64,000 nt of DNA from an uncultured Pirellulaceae bacterium (GTDB taxonomy: Bacteria; Planctomycetota; Planctomycetia; Pirellulales; Pirellulaceae). A program made the position numbers and the translations under genes. The first letter of the stretch is position 1. The number at the start of each line of letters is the position of its first letter. Below the pieces are notes generated by a model, which searched no databases, was not told where the DNA came from, and saw only the letters and a program-made list of their open reading frames with translations. Positions 44,417-54,164 of this stretch are shown in pieces. The DNA lies in the NCBI GenBank assembly GCA_964405425.1, contig CAYONX010000003.1, positions 152,916 to 216,915 of the forward strand. Reading direction: 5' to 3'.

Positions 44417-45385
44417 TTGAGCATACAGCAATTAAAAAGTTCTGCTGAACATCGAACACTAGACAATCAAGTTCGTGTTTCCACGCCCGAAAATATTGCG
44501 TTCCAATATGAAATCACCGGCCCCACGCGCCGTATGGTGGCTTATTTAGCCGACGTCTTGATTACCATGACCGCGTTTATCGCGATGTTCTTCTTATTGA
44601 TACTGGCTATTGTGCTGGTGTCCAGCGGAACCGGTACGGCGATGGGTGCAATGGGGCAAGTAGTCGCTGAAATGGCCGGTTTGCTCATCTTGTTGTTGGC
44701 GTTTTTGTCCTTGTGGTTTTACGGTGCCTACATGGAAACCAACTACAACGGACAAACGTTGGGCAAGATGCTGACCAACATCCGGACCATCTCGACCAAT
44801 GGAAGTGCCATTGATGGAATCCAGGCAACACTTCGCAATTTCTTTCGACTGATGGATGTCTTTCCCGTCATTTCCCTGGGTTTGATTTTTGGACCTGAAG
44901 TCGGATACATTCCGTTCATACCTATCTTCGCTTTCGGATTGATCAGCATGGCACTGAGTCCAAAATTCCAGCGAATTGGAGATTACGTGGCCGATACGAT
45001 TGTTGTCACCGAGGACAAGAAATGGGTGCACGCTCTGGCAAGTTTTCCAGATCCTCGTGTCGCTGAATTGGCCGAACTGTTACCAGACAGTTTCGTCGTA
45101 CCGGCTACGATGGCCAGAGCCTTGGCAGAATTCGTTGACCGGCGTCGTGTATTGCCACTTCAACGGGTTAACGAAATCGCTGGCAGTCTCGCGCGACCGT
45201 TAATGGAACAATTTGATTTGCCAACCAATACCGATCCAGACCTGCTGCTTTGTTCCTTATACTTCAAAACTTTTGTTAGCAAACAAGAAGAAACATCATC
45301 GACCAGTCCTTTTTCTGCATTTGAAAAACTGGCCAAATCAGAGGCCTTAAATGCCAATGAACCGGTTCAAGGAGGCGCGTCATGA
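44417..45385 (+). CDS. RDD-family membrane protein
   Basis: TTG start. GPTRRMVAYLADVLIT..., then three TM helices, then ...FQRIGDYVADTIVV (an RDD-domain pattern). Confidence 0.7.
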   Translation: MSIQQLKSSAEHRTLDNQVRVSTPENIAFQYEITGPTRRMVAYLADVLITMTAFIAMFFLLILAIVLVSSGTGTAMGAMGQVVAEMAGLLILLLAFLSLWFYGAYMETNYNGQTLGKMLTNIRTISTNGSAIDGIQATLRNFFRLMDVFPVISLGLIFGPEVGYIPFIPIFAFGLISMALSPKFQRIGDYVADTIVVTEDKKWVHALASFPDPRVAELAELLPDSFVVPATMARALAEFVDRRRVLPLQRVNEIAGSLARPLMEQFDLPTNTDPDLLLCSLYFKTFVSKQEETSSTSPFSAFEKLAKSEALNANEPVQGGAS

Positions 45386-46347
45386 AGGTTGCCGAACTGA
45401 TTGAAAAACGCCAGCGGCAATGGAAGACTTTGGAGACGATGTGCATTGAAGGCAGCGCAAAGTTTAAGGACGACCCGATAAAACTGGCTCGATTCTCTGA
45501 GCTATATCGCAGCGCATGTGCTGATCTTGCACTCGCCGAAGGATACAATTTCCCTCCTCAAACGGTTGAATATTTGCATCGTCTGGTAGCTCTGGCACAC
45601 AATCAGCTTTATCGCAGTTCCAAATTCCAATGGAAAAAGTGGTACAAGATTATTTTCGAAGACACGCCACGCGCGATTTTCAACGAACCATGCGTTCATG
45701 TGTGTTTCATTATTTTCTGGGGCCTGTTTGTTTGTTCGGCCTATCTGGCTTACGACAACACGATCTGGCCTGGGTTTGCAGAGGAAATCGTTGGTGCTGA
45801 AACTCTGGAGACGTTTGAAGAAATGCATTCCCAGGGGTACGGCGGAAGCAGTCCAACTGCCGTGGGCGGATACATACTTAACAACGCAGGCATTGGATTG
45901 ACTTGTTTTGTCACCATGCTTTTCCTGGTGCCCGGTTTTGAACGACTGACATTCAATGCGATTCAATTGGGCACGGTCATCGGTTATTTGTTCCGACCCG
46001 AGCTTGGACAAACCAGCGTTAATTTTAAGACTTTCGTCACCGCACACGGACCACTCGAATTGACAGCGATTGTGCTTTCTTCCGGTGCTGGGCTGAAAAT
46101 CGGACTTAGCTGGTTGATAACCAACGGATTGAGCCGTATCGATTCTTTGCAAAAGACCGCGCGCGAAGCGTTACCGATCGCCATGTGCAGTGTGATTTTA
46201 TTTTGCCTGGCTGCATTGGTCGAAGGTTTGGTATCACCGGCACCCGACCATTTGATGCCATGGTGGGCAAAAGGTTGCGTGTCGGTCTTTACCAGTTTGA
46301 TGTTGATGTTCTATTTCGTAATTCTTGGCTACCCAAGGAAACTTTGA
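45382..46347 (+). CDS. SpoIIM/DUF95-like membrane protein
   Basis: ATGA overlap with the RDD gene. FVTAHGPLELTAIVLSSGAGLKIG matches the conserved HG-x-ElxAi core of the SpoIIM family. Polytopic. Confidence 0.65.
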   Translation: MKVAELIEKRQRQWKTLETMCIEGSAKFKDDPIKLARFSELYRSACADLALAEGYNFPPQTVEYLHRLVALAHNQLYRSSKFQWKKWYKIIFEDTPRAIFNEPCVHVCFIIFWGLFVCSAYLAYDNTIWPGFAEEIVGAETLETFEEMHSQGYGGSSPTAVGGYILNNAGIGLTCFVTMLFLVPGFERLTFNAIQLGTVIGYLFRPELGQTSVNFKTFVTAHGPLELTAIVLSSGAGLKIGLSWLITNGLSRIDSLQKTAREALPIAMCSVILFCLAALVEGLVSPAPDHLMPWWAKGCVSVFTSLMLMFYFVILGYPRKL

Positions 46348-46363
46348 TTGAGCAGTATGCGAT

Positions 46364-47266
46364 TTGATGAATTTTGATCACACCTACATTGCGATCCGAC
46401 GGCGAAGCATTCTAGAGATTGTGGATTTAAGTTTCCACGTCATTCGAGAATACTTTTTGCCGCTGAGTGTCCTTTGGATGGTGGGAATTGCGCCATTCCT
46501 GTTAATCAACTATTTTTTAATTGGCTGGCTGGGTCTTGACTACTATGACACGGAGAACATCACGCTCTATTTTTTCCTGACATCCTTGCTGGTTATTGTT
46601 CAATCTCAAGTCGCCACATTGCCCATCACTATTTTTCTGGGCAAGTCGATGTTCGAACAGAATCCAGGCGTTTGGCAGACGATTGTCGCGACCATCAAAA
46701 CCAATCTGTTTATCATTTGGACCCACGGAATTTTGAGAATGGTCATCCCTGCCATCTTGCTGACGATGCTAATCAATCCTCAGGCCAGCGATGACACCGC
46801 AATTGCCGCCACACTCTGGTTGAGCATCATGGTTGGGTTTGCAGTATTGATTCGAGTCATACGACCATTTGCGTCTGAAATACTTTGTCTTGAAAAGACT
46901 CCCGTTTTGCAAAAAAAAGAAGGCCAGATCACTTATGGCGTTCGTTCGTTCAGTTTGCACCGGGCGGCCAGTGGTGAATTACACGGCCGCGGATTCATCC
47001 TACTGTCATTCATTGTTGCTCCACTTACCTTGACGATACTGGGAACACTGTTGACGATTGATTCGACGTTGAATCTGACCACCGACTACGAAACCTTGCC
47101 TGCGGTTATATATGGGCCACTGGCTTGCTGGTTGATGGCTGGAATCATGGCTGTCGTCAGATTCTTGAGCTACATCGATATCCGAATTCGCCAGGAAGGC
47201 TGGGAAGTGGAGCTGAGACTTCGAGCCGAAGCGATGCGCATGAAGAATGCTGGAGCCATCGCATGA
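46364..47266 (+). CDS. Polytopic membrane protein (unknown family)
   Basis: 300-aa ORF with about 6 TM helices, in an operon position between the SpoIIM-like and DUF4129-like genes. Confidence 0.55.
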   Translation: MMNFDHTYIAIRRRSILEIVDLSFHVIREYFLPLSVLWMVGIAPFLLINYFLIGWLGLDYYDTENITLYFFLTSLLVIVQSQVATLPITIFLGKSMFEQNPGVWQTIVATIKTNLFIIWTHGILRMVIPAILLTMLINPQASDDTAIAATLWLSIMVGFAVLIRVIRPFASEILCLEKTPVLQKKEGQITYGVRSFSLHRAASGELHGRGFILLSFIVAPLTLTILGTLLTIDSTLNLTTDYETLPAVIYGPLACWLMAGIMAVVRFLSYIDIRIRQEGWEVELRLRAEAMRMKNAGAIA

Positions 47267-48066
47267 GAATGACTAGCTGCCCCGCGAACCATCGGTTAAT
47301 TCTGAGACTTGTTTTCGGATTCTGTTTTTTCTCACTCGGTGCATCCGGGTTTGGACAACAAGACGCTGAGGATTTCGGAAAAGCAGAATTGGAAAGGCAA
47401 GGCTTTAACTGGTACGAAGAATCGAATCAGTCCACACAAGACTTGTGGCGATTCAAACTCAAACGAGCCAAATCCCAAAACCGCCGCAACGTCGCTGGTG
47501 GTACTGATGATCAATCAACAAGTCCCAACTACAATTTCGGCAACTGGTGGTTGCCGATGTTCAACACCGGCACCTGGATCATGTTGATGGTTTTGTTTGC
47601 GGTAATTCTTGCGATCATCGTTTGGTTTTCTTTACAACTGGAAGCGCGTTCGGGCAATGTTCTAAACTCGCTTGAATTGGAAGAAGAAGATCTGGAGTAT
47701 CGAATCCAACAGCTGCCATTTGAACTTAACGATACAACCAAAGGCGATTTGAATATGCTGGCCGTTCGGGCTGCCAATCGTGGCGATCATGACAAGGCAG
47801 TGATGTTGTTGTTCAGCCATGTGTTGATTTTGCTCGATCGCAAGGACCTGATACGGCTGAGGAAAGGCAAAACAAATCGACAGTATTTAAACGAAATTCG
47901 TCGTCACCCGGACCTGACAAAGTATTACGAACAGGTAATGGTCCCATTTGAGGATAGTTTCTTTGGCGACCATACCGTCAACAAGGAACGTTTCGAAAGC
48001 TGCTTCAACGCACTGGATGAATTCCATCGAAACGTCGAAGAAAGTACACAATCGGTTGCTGTTTAA
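47263..48066 (+). CDS. DUF4129-like protein
   Basis: ATGA overlap upstream. Signal sequence, one TM (WIMLMVLFAVILAIIVWF), then LLFSHVLILLDRKDLIRLRKGKTNRQYLNEIRRHPDL...FEDSFFGDHTVNKERFE, typical of the DUF4129 C-terminus. Confidence 0.6.
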   Translation: MRMTSCPANHRLILRLVFGFCFFSLGASGFGQQDAEDFGKAELERQGFNWYEESNQSTQDLWRFKLKRAKSQNRRNVAGGTDDQSTSPNYNFGNWWLPMFNTGTWIMLMVLFAVILAIIVWFSLQLEARSGNVLNSLELEEEDLEYRIQQLPFELNDTTKGDLNMLAVRAANRGDHDKAVMLLFSHVLILLDRKDLIRLRKGKTNRQYLNEIRRHPDLTKYYEQVMVPFEDSFFGDHTVNKERFESCFNALDEFHRNVEESTQSVAV

Positions 48067-48091
48067 AGCGTGGTGGATATTGAATTGGCAA

Positions 48092-49300
48092 ATGGACATT
48101 CCGAAACCTCCCAAACAGCACCAGCTGATTTGTCTTGCTGCTGCGCTGATTGGAGTGTTGATCTGCGGCTGTCAGCCTAAGTTACAAAAAGGTTATGGCC
48201 GCGCAACGGGATTGCAACATACTGGCAGCATCAATGGAACTGTCGTTTTTCATGAAATGGTTGAGGCTGGCAATCGCAAGGTACATCGCTATTCCCAATT
48301 TTCGCCTCGGTGGGAAAAATACCAAACCGTCTATTGGATGCCGGACGCATTTAAGGTGCCCGATGAAAACATCATCGACAAAATTGAAATCTGGCTAACC
48401 AATCGTTCAAACCGAACGCTGGTCTATGTTTGTCGCGACTATGACGCAACCCTTCAGTATTGGGAATCGCTAAAAGAAAACGAAACCGATGCCGACAAGG
48501 TCGACCAATTGAGTCGTTTTTATATCGACGCTGCCAGCAACTACTTTAACGTACGCAATATTTTGGAAAAAAAATCGGCTCCCTGGTACGAGATACAGGA
48601 ACATACGTACACGAAAGCAAGCCAGCTTTCCGGGAAGCTCGTAGAGGATATTGATACTTCCGATGCGGATGTCCGTTACGCATCTTTACCGTTCCCAGGT
48701 GACGATTTGCAAAGCGGCACCTTTGGCGACTTCGATGTTGAAGTGCTGATGAGTGTCGATTCTTATCCTTTCGTATACCGTTTGACTGGCTCAAAAATTG
48801 GTCGCAGCCAAATCATCGTCGTTGGCAACGCTTCGTTCTTGCTGAACCTTCCTCTGGTCAATGCAACTAACCGTAAACTTGCCAGCTCACTGATAGATTG
48901 CGTTTCCGAAAATGAATATCCGGACGACAACGTACTCTTCATCGAGAGCGACGACCCGGGTCTGCAAATCTCGGAAATGGATTCGCGTGACAAGGCTTCG
49001 CAATGGAATTGGATCACCAGAAAACCGATGCGTTACATCGTGCCCAATCTGCTGATCTGCTTTATTTTGCTCTGCTTCGTGTACTTTCCGATTTTCGGCC
49101 GTCCGAGGAGAATCAAACAGACTTCGACATCCAATTTTCGAGATCACGTCGACGCGCTGGGACAACTTATCGGCAAATCCAAATCGTCCACCATTCCGCG
49201 ATCATGGATAGAAGAATACCGTCGTCGTACGACCAAAAATCGTGCTACAACGATCAATCAACCTGAAACAAAGACTAAACAAGATAACAAAACGATATGA
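48092..49300 (+). CDS. DUF4350-like lipoprotein
   Basis: Lipobox-like LIGVLICGC. Mid-protein QIIVVGNASFLLNLPLVN and a C-terminal TM (VPNLLICFILLCFVYFPIF). Assigned by position and architecture. Confidence 0.55.
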   Translation: MDIPKPPKQHQLICLAAALIGVLICGCQPKLQKGYGRATGLQHTGSINGTVVFHEMVEAGNRKVHRYSQFSPRWEKYQTVYWMPDAFKVPDENIIDKIEIWLTNRSNRTLVYVCRDYDATLQYWESLKENETDADKVDQLSRFYIDAASNYFNVRNILEKKSAPWYEIQEHTYTKASQLSGKLVEDIDTSDADVRYASLPFPGDDLQSGTFGDFDVEVLMSVDSYPFVYRLTGSKIGRSQIIVVGNASFLLNLPLVNATNRKLASSLIDCVSENEYPDDNVLFIESDDPGLQISEMDSRDKASQWNWITRKPMRYIVPNLLICFILLCFVYFPIFGRPRRIKQTSTSNFRDHVDALGQLIGKSKSSTIPRSWIEEYRRRTTKNRATTINQPETKTKQDNKTI

Positions 49301-50532
49301 ACAACGCTGATCCTCTACCTGAGTTCTTGCAATTCGATTGTGGTGGCTGCCAAACCAAGCTTAAGGTTCCGCGGTCCAGCGTTGGACCTGCCGGCGTAAA
49401 GTGCCCCACGTGCGATCATATTAACCCCGCACCTGCCATTGAACCCAAGCCGGCCGAACCTGCGATTGTTGAGGTTGAGGCAGTTGAGGTACAGGAAGTT
49501 GATTCCGCCGTCGTAGCCCCCGTCAGCCCATCTTCGCAGGCGTTGCCAAAAGCTCCTGTTCACCAGGGCCGTGACACAGCTTGCCGCCGACTTTATCAAA
49601 ACATTACCGACGAAGTTGCAAAACTGTTCGTCGGCCAAGAAGAACTGGTCATGGGTACGTTGGTGGCGCTGTTTTCCGGCGGCCATGTATTGATTGAAAG
49701 TGCCCCCGGGCTGGGCAAGACTTTATTCGTCCGCACACTCGGAAGAGTTCTGGGCTGCGAATTTGGACGAATTCAATTTACCGCCGACTTGATGCCATCG
49801 GATGTTACTGGTGCTCCCATCTTCAATATGAAGACCCAGGAATTCGTTTTCCGTCCCGGCCCCATCTTTACGCAATTGCTGTTAGCCGACGAAATCAATC
49901 GTGCACCCGCAAAAACCCACGCGGCTCTGCTGGAAATCATGCAGGAGAAAAACGTGACGATCGACGGCAAGACTCACGAACTCAATCCTCCCTTCCTTGT
50001 ACTTGCCACCCAAAACCCAATCGAATCGGAAGGAACCTACAATTTGCCGGAAGCTCAACTGGACCGATTCATGTTCAAATTGGTCGCTGATTACCCCGAT
50101 GAAAAACAGGAATCTGAAATCCTGTTACTGCACAGTGGACAAAAAGATTTTGATCGCCGGCTCGAAACGGAAGTCCAAACCATTGCGTCGCCTGAAGACA
50201 TCGTTGCGGTGACTCATGAAAACAGCAACGTCCGCGTAGACCCGCTGCTGGTTGAATACATCAACAAGATGGTTCGCCTGACGCGGCAGTGGCCGCAATT
50301 CCATATGGGTGCTTCGCCGCGTGCAGGGATCAATTTAATGCAAGGCGCACGAACCCTGGCTGCATTTTGTGGTCGCGATTACGCGGTGCCCGATGATGTG
50401 GTTACGATCGCCAAACCAACATTGCGACATCGAGTGATGTTGACGGCAGAAGCGGAAGTCGAAGGTCAGAGCGTCGACCAATTGCTGGGTGATTTGATTC
50501 GCAGTATCGAAGTTCCTCGCATCAAGGTTTAA
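49297..50532 (+). CDS. MoxR-family AAA+ ATPase with an N-terminal zinc-ribbon extension
   Basis: ATGA overlap upstream. CGGC...CPTC in the first 40 aa, then an A/P/V-rich linker. Walker A SAPGLGKT, Walker B LLADEINRA, ATQNPIESEGTYNLPEAQLDRF. Confidence 0.9.
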   Translation: MNNADPLPEFLQFDCGGCQTKLKVPRSSVGPAGVKCPTCDHINPAPAIEPKPAEPAIVEVEAVEVQEVDSAVVAPVSPSSQALPKAPVHQGRDTACRRLYQNITDEVAKLFVGQEELVMGTLVALFSGGHVLIESAPGLGKTLFVRTLGRVLGCEFGRIQFTADLMPSDVTGAPIFNMKTQEFVFRPGPIFTQLLLADEINRAPAKTHAALLEIMQEKNVTIDGKTHELNPPFLVLATQNPIESEGTYNLPEAQLDRFMFKLVADYPDEKQESEILLLHSGQKDFDRRLETEVQTIASPEDIVAVTHENSNVRVDPLLVEYINKMVRLTRQWPQFHMGASPRAGINLMQGARTLAAFCGRDYAVPDDVVTIAKPTLRHRVMLTAEAEVEGQSVDQLLGDLIRSIEVPRIKV

Positions 50533-50540
50533 CACGAACG

Positions 50541-51971
50541 ATGGCATTGCTTCAATCGATTTTCGATTTCTTGATCCACCGACCCATCGTTATGATGGCT
50601 GTGCTATCGCTACCGCTGCTTGCCGCCTGGGCTTTGAAAAGTTGTTTTCCAAGCCGACGTTTGTTGGTCGCTTCGCTGGTTCCATTGATTTTTGCATTTG
50701 CCTCCGTTTTGATCCCGCAAGTTGTTCCTGTCATTCTTGTCGCCACGCTTTTGATTGCGGCAATTGCGGTTGCTGATTTATTGACCGTCGCCAGAAAGAA
50801 TGACTTTCTGGTTGGTCGTGAAGTAATCAAAATCGCTTCGCTAGGCAAACAACAAGACTGCACTTTGACGATTGCCAACAAATCACGTTGGCAATTCTCG
50901 ACAGAAATCAAAGACGATCTTCCTAACGAATTTGAAGGTGATACCGAATCGTTTTCGCACACGTTTGCCCCTATGAGCCGAACCTCATTTTCTTATCGAT
51001 TCAAGCCGTTGGAACGCGGAAGATTTGAGATGAGCGCGATTTACATCAAAGTGCAAAGTCGCCTTGGACTCTGGGTGACCTACCATGCGATGGACATGAA
51101 CAACGAAATCTTTGTCTATCCGGATATGAAACAGATTTCACAGTACGCGCTGCTGGCGCGCACCAATCGATTGAGTTTGTTAGGCGTTCGACGTTCCCGA
51201 AAAATTGGCCAGGACAACGAATTTGAAAGACTGCGCGATTACACCCAGGACGATAATTACAAGCGCATTGATTGGCGAACGACGGCCCGACGCCAACGCT
51301 TAACCGTTAAAGATTTCCAGTCCAATCAGAGCCAGCGAATTATCTTTATGGTCGATTGCGGGCGGATGATGACGGGCGAATCGAACGATGGCGTTGCTTT
51401 GTTTGATCACGCGCTCAACGCCATGTTGATGCTCAGCTATGTTGCCCTGAGCCAGGGCGATTCGGTGGGGCTGATTTGTTTCAGCAACACGATTCACAGT
51501 TACACTCCTCCGCGAAACGGTGTCAAACACATCAATCGATTGCTGCATGCTTCATTTGATCAACAACCGCAATTTGTCGAATCAAGATACGACCATGCGT
51601 TTTATTATCTGCGCAAGCATTGTATGAAACGATCGCTGGTGGTGTTGATGACCAATGTCATCGATGACGTAAACGCACAATCGGTACAGCAATACCTTGG
51701 CAATTTAACAACGCGGCATTTACCGATGGGCGTATTGTTGCGCGATCATCAGATGTTCAATGCAATCGACAGCTTTATCGACCAACCCAAATCGGTGGAT
51801 TCGGACGAATTTTATTCCGCCGCCGTGGCTGCCAGGATCGCCAATTGGCGGCACCAGATTTTGACTGATTTGCAGCACAAGGGTGTGCTGGCTGTTGATG
51901 TCTTTCCCGAACAGCTGACAGCGCGATTGGTTAACAGCTATCTGGAAATCAAGGCCAAGCATCTGTTGTAG
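50541..51971 (+). CDS. DUF58 protein with N-terminal TM helices
   Basis: NYKRIDWRTTARRQRLTVKDFQSNQSQRIIFMVDCGRMM is the DUF58 core. Two or three N-terminal TM helices. Lies 8 nt after the MoxR stop. Confidence 0.8.
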   Translation: MALLQSIFDFLIHRPIVMMAVLSLPLLAAWALKSCFPSRRLLVASLVPLIFAFASVLIPQVVPVILVATLLIAAIAVADLLTVARKNDFLVGREVIKIASLGKQQDCTLTIANKSRWQFSTEIKDDLPNEFEGDTESFSHTFAPMSRTSFSYRFKPLERGRFEMSAIYIKVQSRLGLWVTYHAMDMNNEIFVYPDMKQISQYALLARTNRLSLLGVRRSRKIGQDNEFERLRDYTQDDNYKRIDWRTTARRQRLTVKDFQSNQSQRIIFMVDCGRMMTGESNDGVALFDHALNAMLMLSYVALSQGDSVGLICFSNTIHSYTPPRNGVKHINRLLHASFDQQPQFVESRYDHAFYYLRKHCMKRSLVVLMTNVIDDVNAQSVQQYLGNLTTRHLPMGVLLRDHQMFNAIDSFIDQPKSVDSDEFYSAAVAARIANWRHQILTDLQHKGVLAVDVFPEQLTARLVNSYLEIKAKHLL

Positions 51972-52051
51972 CTTGTTGCCATTATGCCAAAGTTGATCGC
52001 AAGACTTACGTGCCGTCTAACCGAAAAGCAGCGAGTGGCAGCAGTGTCCAG

Positions 52052-53029
52052 CTAAGATCCATCGCCTTTGTTCATTGGCGTATCGTCTCGATTGGCCCAT
52101 TCAGCCATCGAATCATCGTACAACCGAATATCTTCATTGCCAAACAGTTCTCGAAAAATGAACCATGGCATGGCGGCATGCAACCCTTCGTTACAGTAAG
52201 CAACCACATCCCCGCCGGTATCGATGCCATGGGATTCGTACAGCTGGCGCAGCTCGTCAATGGATTTAAAGGTTCCATTCTTATTAAGGTTCTCTTGCCA
52301 TGGAACGTTTTTAGCGGACGGAATATGGCCCAGACGTTTATGAGCCTGATTAGTATGAAACACTTTGCCCGGTTTTTCGCCAGTGAACTGCACATTTGGG
52401 CGTCCGTCAATCAATTGCGAATCGTTGTCACCGATTGCTTTTTGCACGGCTTCCAACTGCACGAAAAATCCATCCTGAGTCGATTTGATCACGTAATTTG
52501 AAGTTTCTATTTCTGGAACGTCGGGTGTCAGCGTCCTTTTAGTCGATTTCCAGACGGGTGTTCCGCCGTTAAGAATATGGACTTTCTTGTGACCAAAGTA
52601 CTTCAACGTGTAGTACATTCGCACCGAACCACGATTGGCCATGTCATCGGTCAACACAATCGTTGAATCGTTTTTCACACCAATCTTTGAAAGCAACTTT
52701 TCCATATCTGCCTGTTGCGGCAAACGATACAGATTGATTTGCTCGGCATCAATGATATCCGTTCGCCAATCCAGCATCACAGCGCCCGGTATATGACCAA
52801 GCTTATAGGTGGTTTTTCTGAACGGCAAATCTATCAGCACCAGATCTTCATCGCTTTTCAGCTTACGTTCCAACCAAGCGGGCGATACCAGAATTGACGA
52901 ATCGTTTGACTGTTCTTCTTTGAGCTGCTCTTGTTTTTGTTGGTCTGTTTGGGCGACAGAAAAATTGCCTGCTGACAAGATGTAAAAGGTTGACAGCAAA
53001 ATCAAAGCAATGCATTTTTTGCAATTCAT
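52052..53029 (-). CDS. Secreted tandem-rhodanese sulfurtransferase
   Basis: Signal peptide MNCKKCIALILLSTFYILSAGNFSVAQ. Two rhodanese-like halves (GHIPGAV..., GHIPSAKNVPW). Active-site loop CNEGLHA in the second half. Confidence 0.8.
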   Translation of the reverse strand: MNCKKCIALILLSTFYILSAGNFSVAQTDQQKQEQLKEEQSNDSSILVSPAWLERKLKSDEDLVLIDLPFRKTTYKLGHIPGAVMLDWRTDIIDAEQINLYRLPQQADMEKLLSKIGVKNDSTIVLTDDMANRGSVRMYYTLKYFGHKKVHILNGGTPVWKSTKRTLTPDVPEIETSNYVIKSTQDGFFVQLEAVQKAIGDNDSQLIDGRPNVQFTGEKPGKVFHTNQAHKRLGHIPSAKNVPWQENLNKNGTFKSIDELRQLYESHGIDTGGDVVAYCNEGLHAAMPWFIFRELFGNEDIRLYDDSMAEWANRDDTPMNKGDGS

Positions 53030-53096
53030 GTTTGTTCTATAAGTTGAAGGTTCATCTGGCACCGACAGCTATTTTTGCAGAAACAACGGCCCGATG

Positions 53097-54059
53097 TTAA
53101 TCCTTGTCGTCTTTTTTTGGATTTCCAAGAATTTGCCGCAGATGAAAATGATGTTTCCCCAATTTTCCACCATAGTTTCCGGCACTCACGACCACCACCC
53201 CTTCTCCCACACAAGCCTTGATACCGCCAGCCATCGCGTCGGAAACATGTTTTGAGTCGATTCCATCGATCACAATTTCGTAGACACAATTTGCATCCTC
53301 ATGCACTCGCGACTCGACTCGGCCTTTCAGCGTTGGACAAAATTGGTCAAACGTCGACGCAACCATTCCTTTATATTTGGAACCAACTTTGCTGCCGCTT
53401 CGAACCACTCCGCCGGGAAAAGGAGTGATGACTCCAGGAAAGGCATCGATCGATTCGATTGCGCGTCGCGCCGCCGCAAGGCCCGTTTCCTGATCGACGG
53501 ACTGAATCAAGAAGTTACCACCCGCGACGCCTTTGGCAACGCTACAAGCTTCTTCCACAAGAAACTCGCCGTCCATGACTGGAATTCGCCAATACCTGCG
53601 ATCACCAATCCGTTTACTCTTTTGAAATCCGTCGCCAAAGAATCGCAAGTGCTTACCCAATGGCAAACTGGATAACGTTTCTGCTTCAACTGCCGTCTTA
53701 GCTTCCGGTTCAATTTCCGGTTCAATTCCCGATTCCATGCCGTTAAAAACTGCTGTCGTTGGGCAAGTCATCAAGCATTGTCCACATCTGGCGATCAGGG
53801 CCTTGCCCAGTGCATCTTCATTGAAAGCGAACAGCAGAACCGCAGCACCGGGTCGTCCGTCGATCGTTTGCGATTCATCTAAATACTGTTCAACGCCAAC
53901 TTCGGCATCACAGGCAATGACGCTTGTGCCATAGCCGCAGAACTCGTTTAAACCCGCACGCAACCAATACGAGTCAATCGCGGTCACGATCAACCGTGCA
54001 AACCGCATCGTAAACGCTTCGGCGAACGTGTCTTCAATTTCGACGTGTTCGATTTTCAA
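53097..54059 (-). CDS. ftr: Formylmethanofuran:tetrahydromethanopterin N-formyltransferase (Ftr/FhcD family)
   Basis: From memory of archaeal Ftr, near-colinear matches: VEIEDTFAEAF, GYGTSVI, DGRPG, GQCLMTCPT, FFGDGFQ, WRIPVMDGEFLVE, GVAGGNF, PFPGGVVRSGSKVGSKY, CVYEIVIDG, SAGNYGGKLG. TTG start at 54059 gives MKIEHVEIED. Confidence 0.9.
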   Translation of the reverse strand: MKIEHVEIEDTFAEAFTMRFARLIVTAIDSYWLRAGLNEFCGYGTSVIACDAEVGVEQYLDESQTIDGRPGAAVLLFAFNEDALGKALIARCGQCLMTCPTTAVFNGMESGIEPEIEPEAKTAVEAETLSSLPLGKHLRFFGDGFQKSKRIGDRRYWRIPVMDGEFLVEEACSVAKGVAGGNFLIQSVDQETGLAAARRAIESIDAFPGVITPFPGGVVRSGSKVGSKYKGMVASTFDQFCPTLKGRVESRVHEDANCVYEIVIDGIDSKHVSDAMAGGIKACVGEGVVVVSAGNYGGKLGKHHFHLRQILGNPKKDDKD

Positions 54060-54164
54060 AACTTTTGTCCGGGAAAACGATAGATTGGCAATCCCCAATT
54101 GGAAACAACAAACCAACGTTCTACAATCCACGGACACAAAGCTACCTTGGGACTTTCCATAAAA

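Noticed and set aside
45502-46152. 216-aa minus-strand ORF opposite the SpoIIM-like gene
   Set aside because: Antisense to a gene embedded in a tightly overlapping operon. No motifs.
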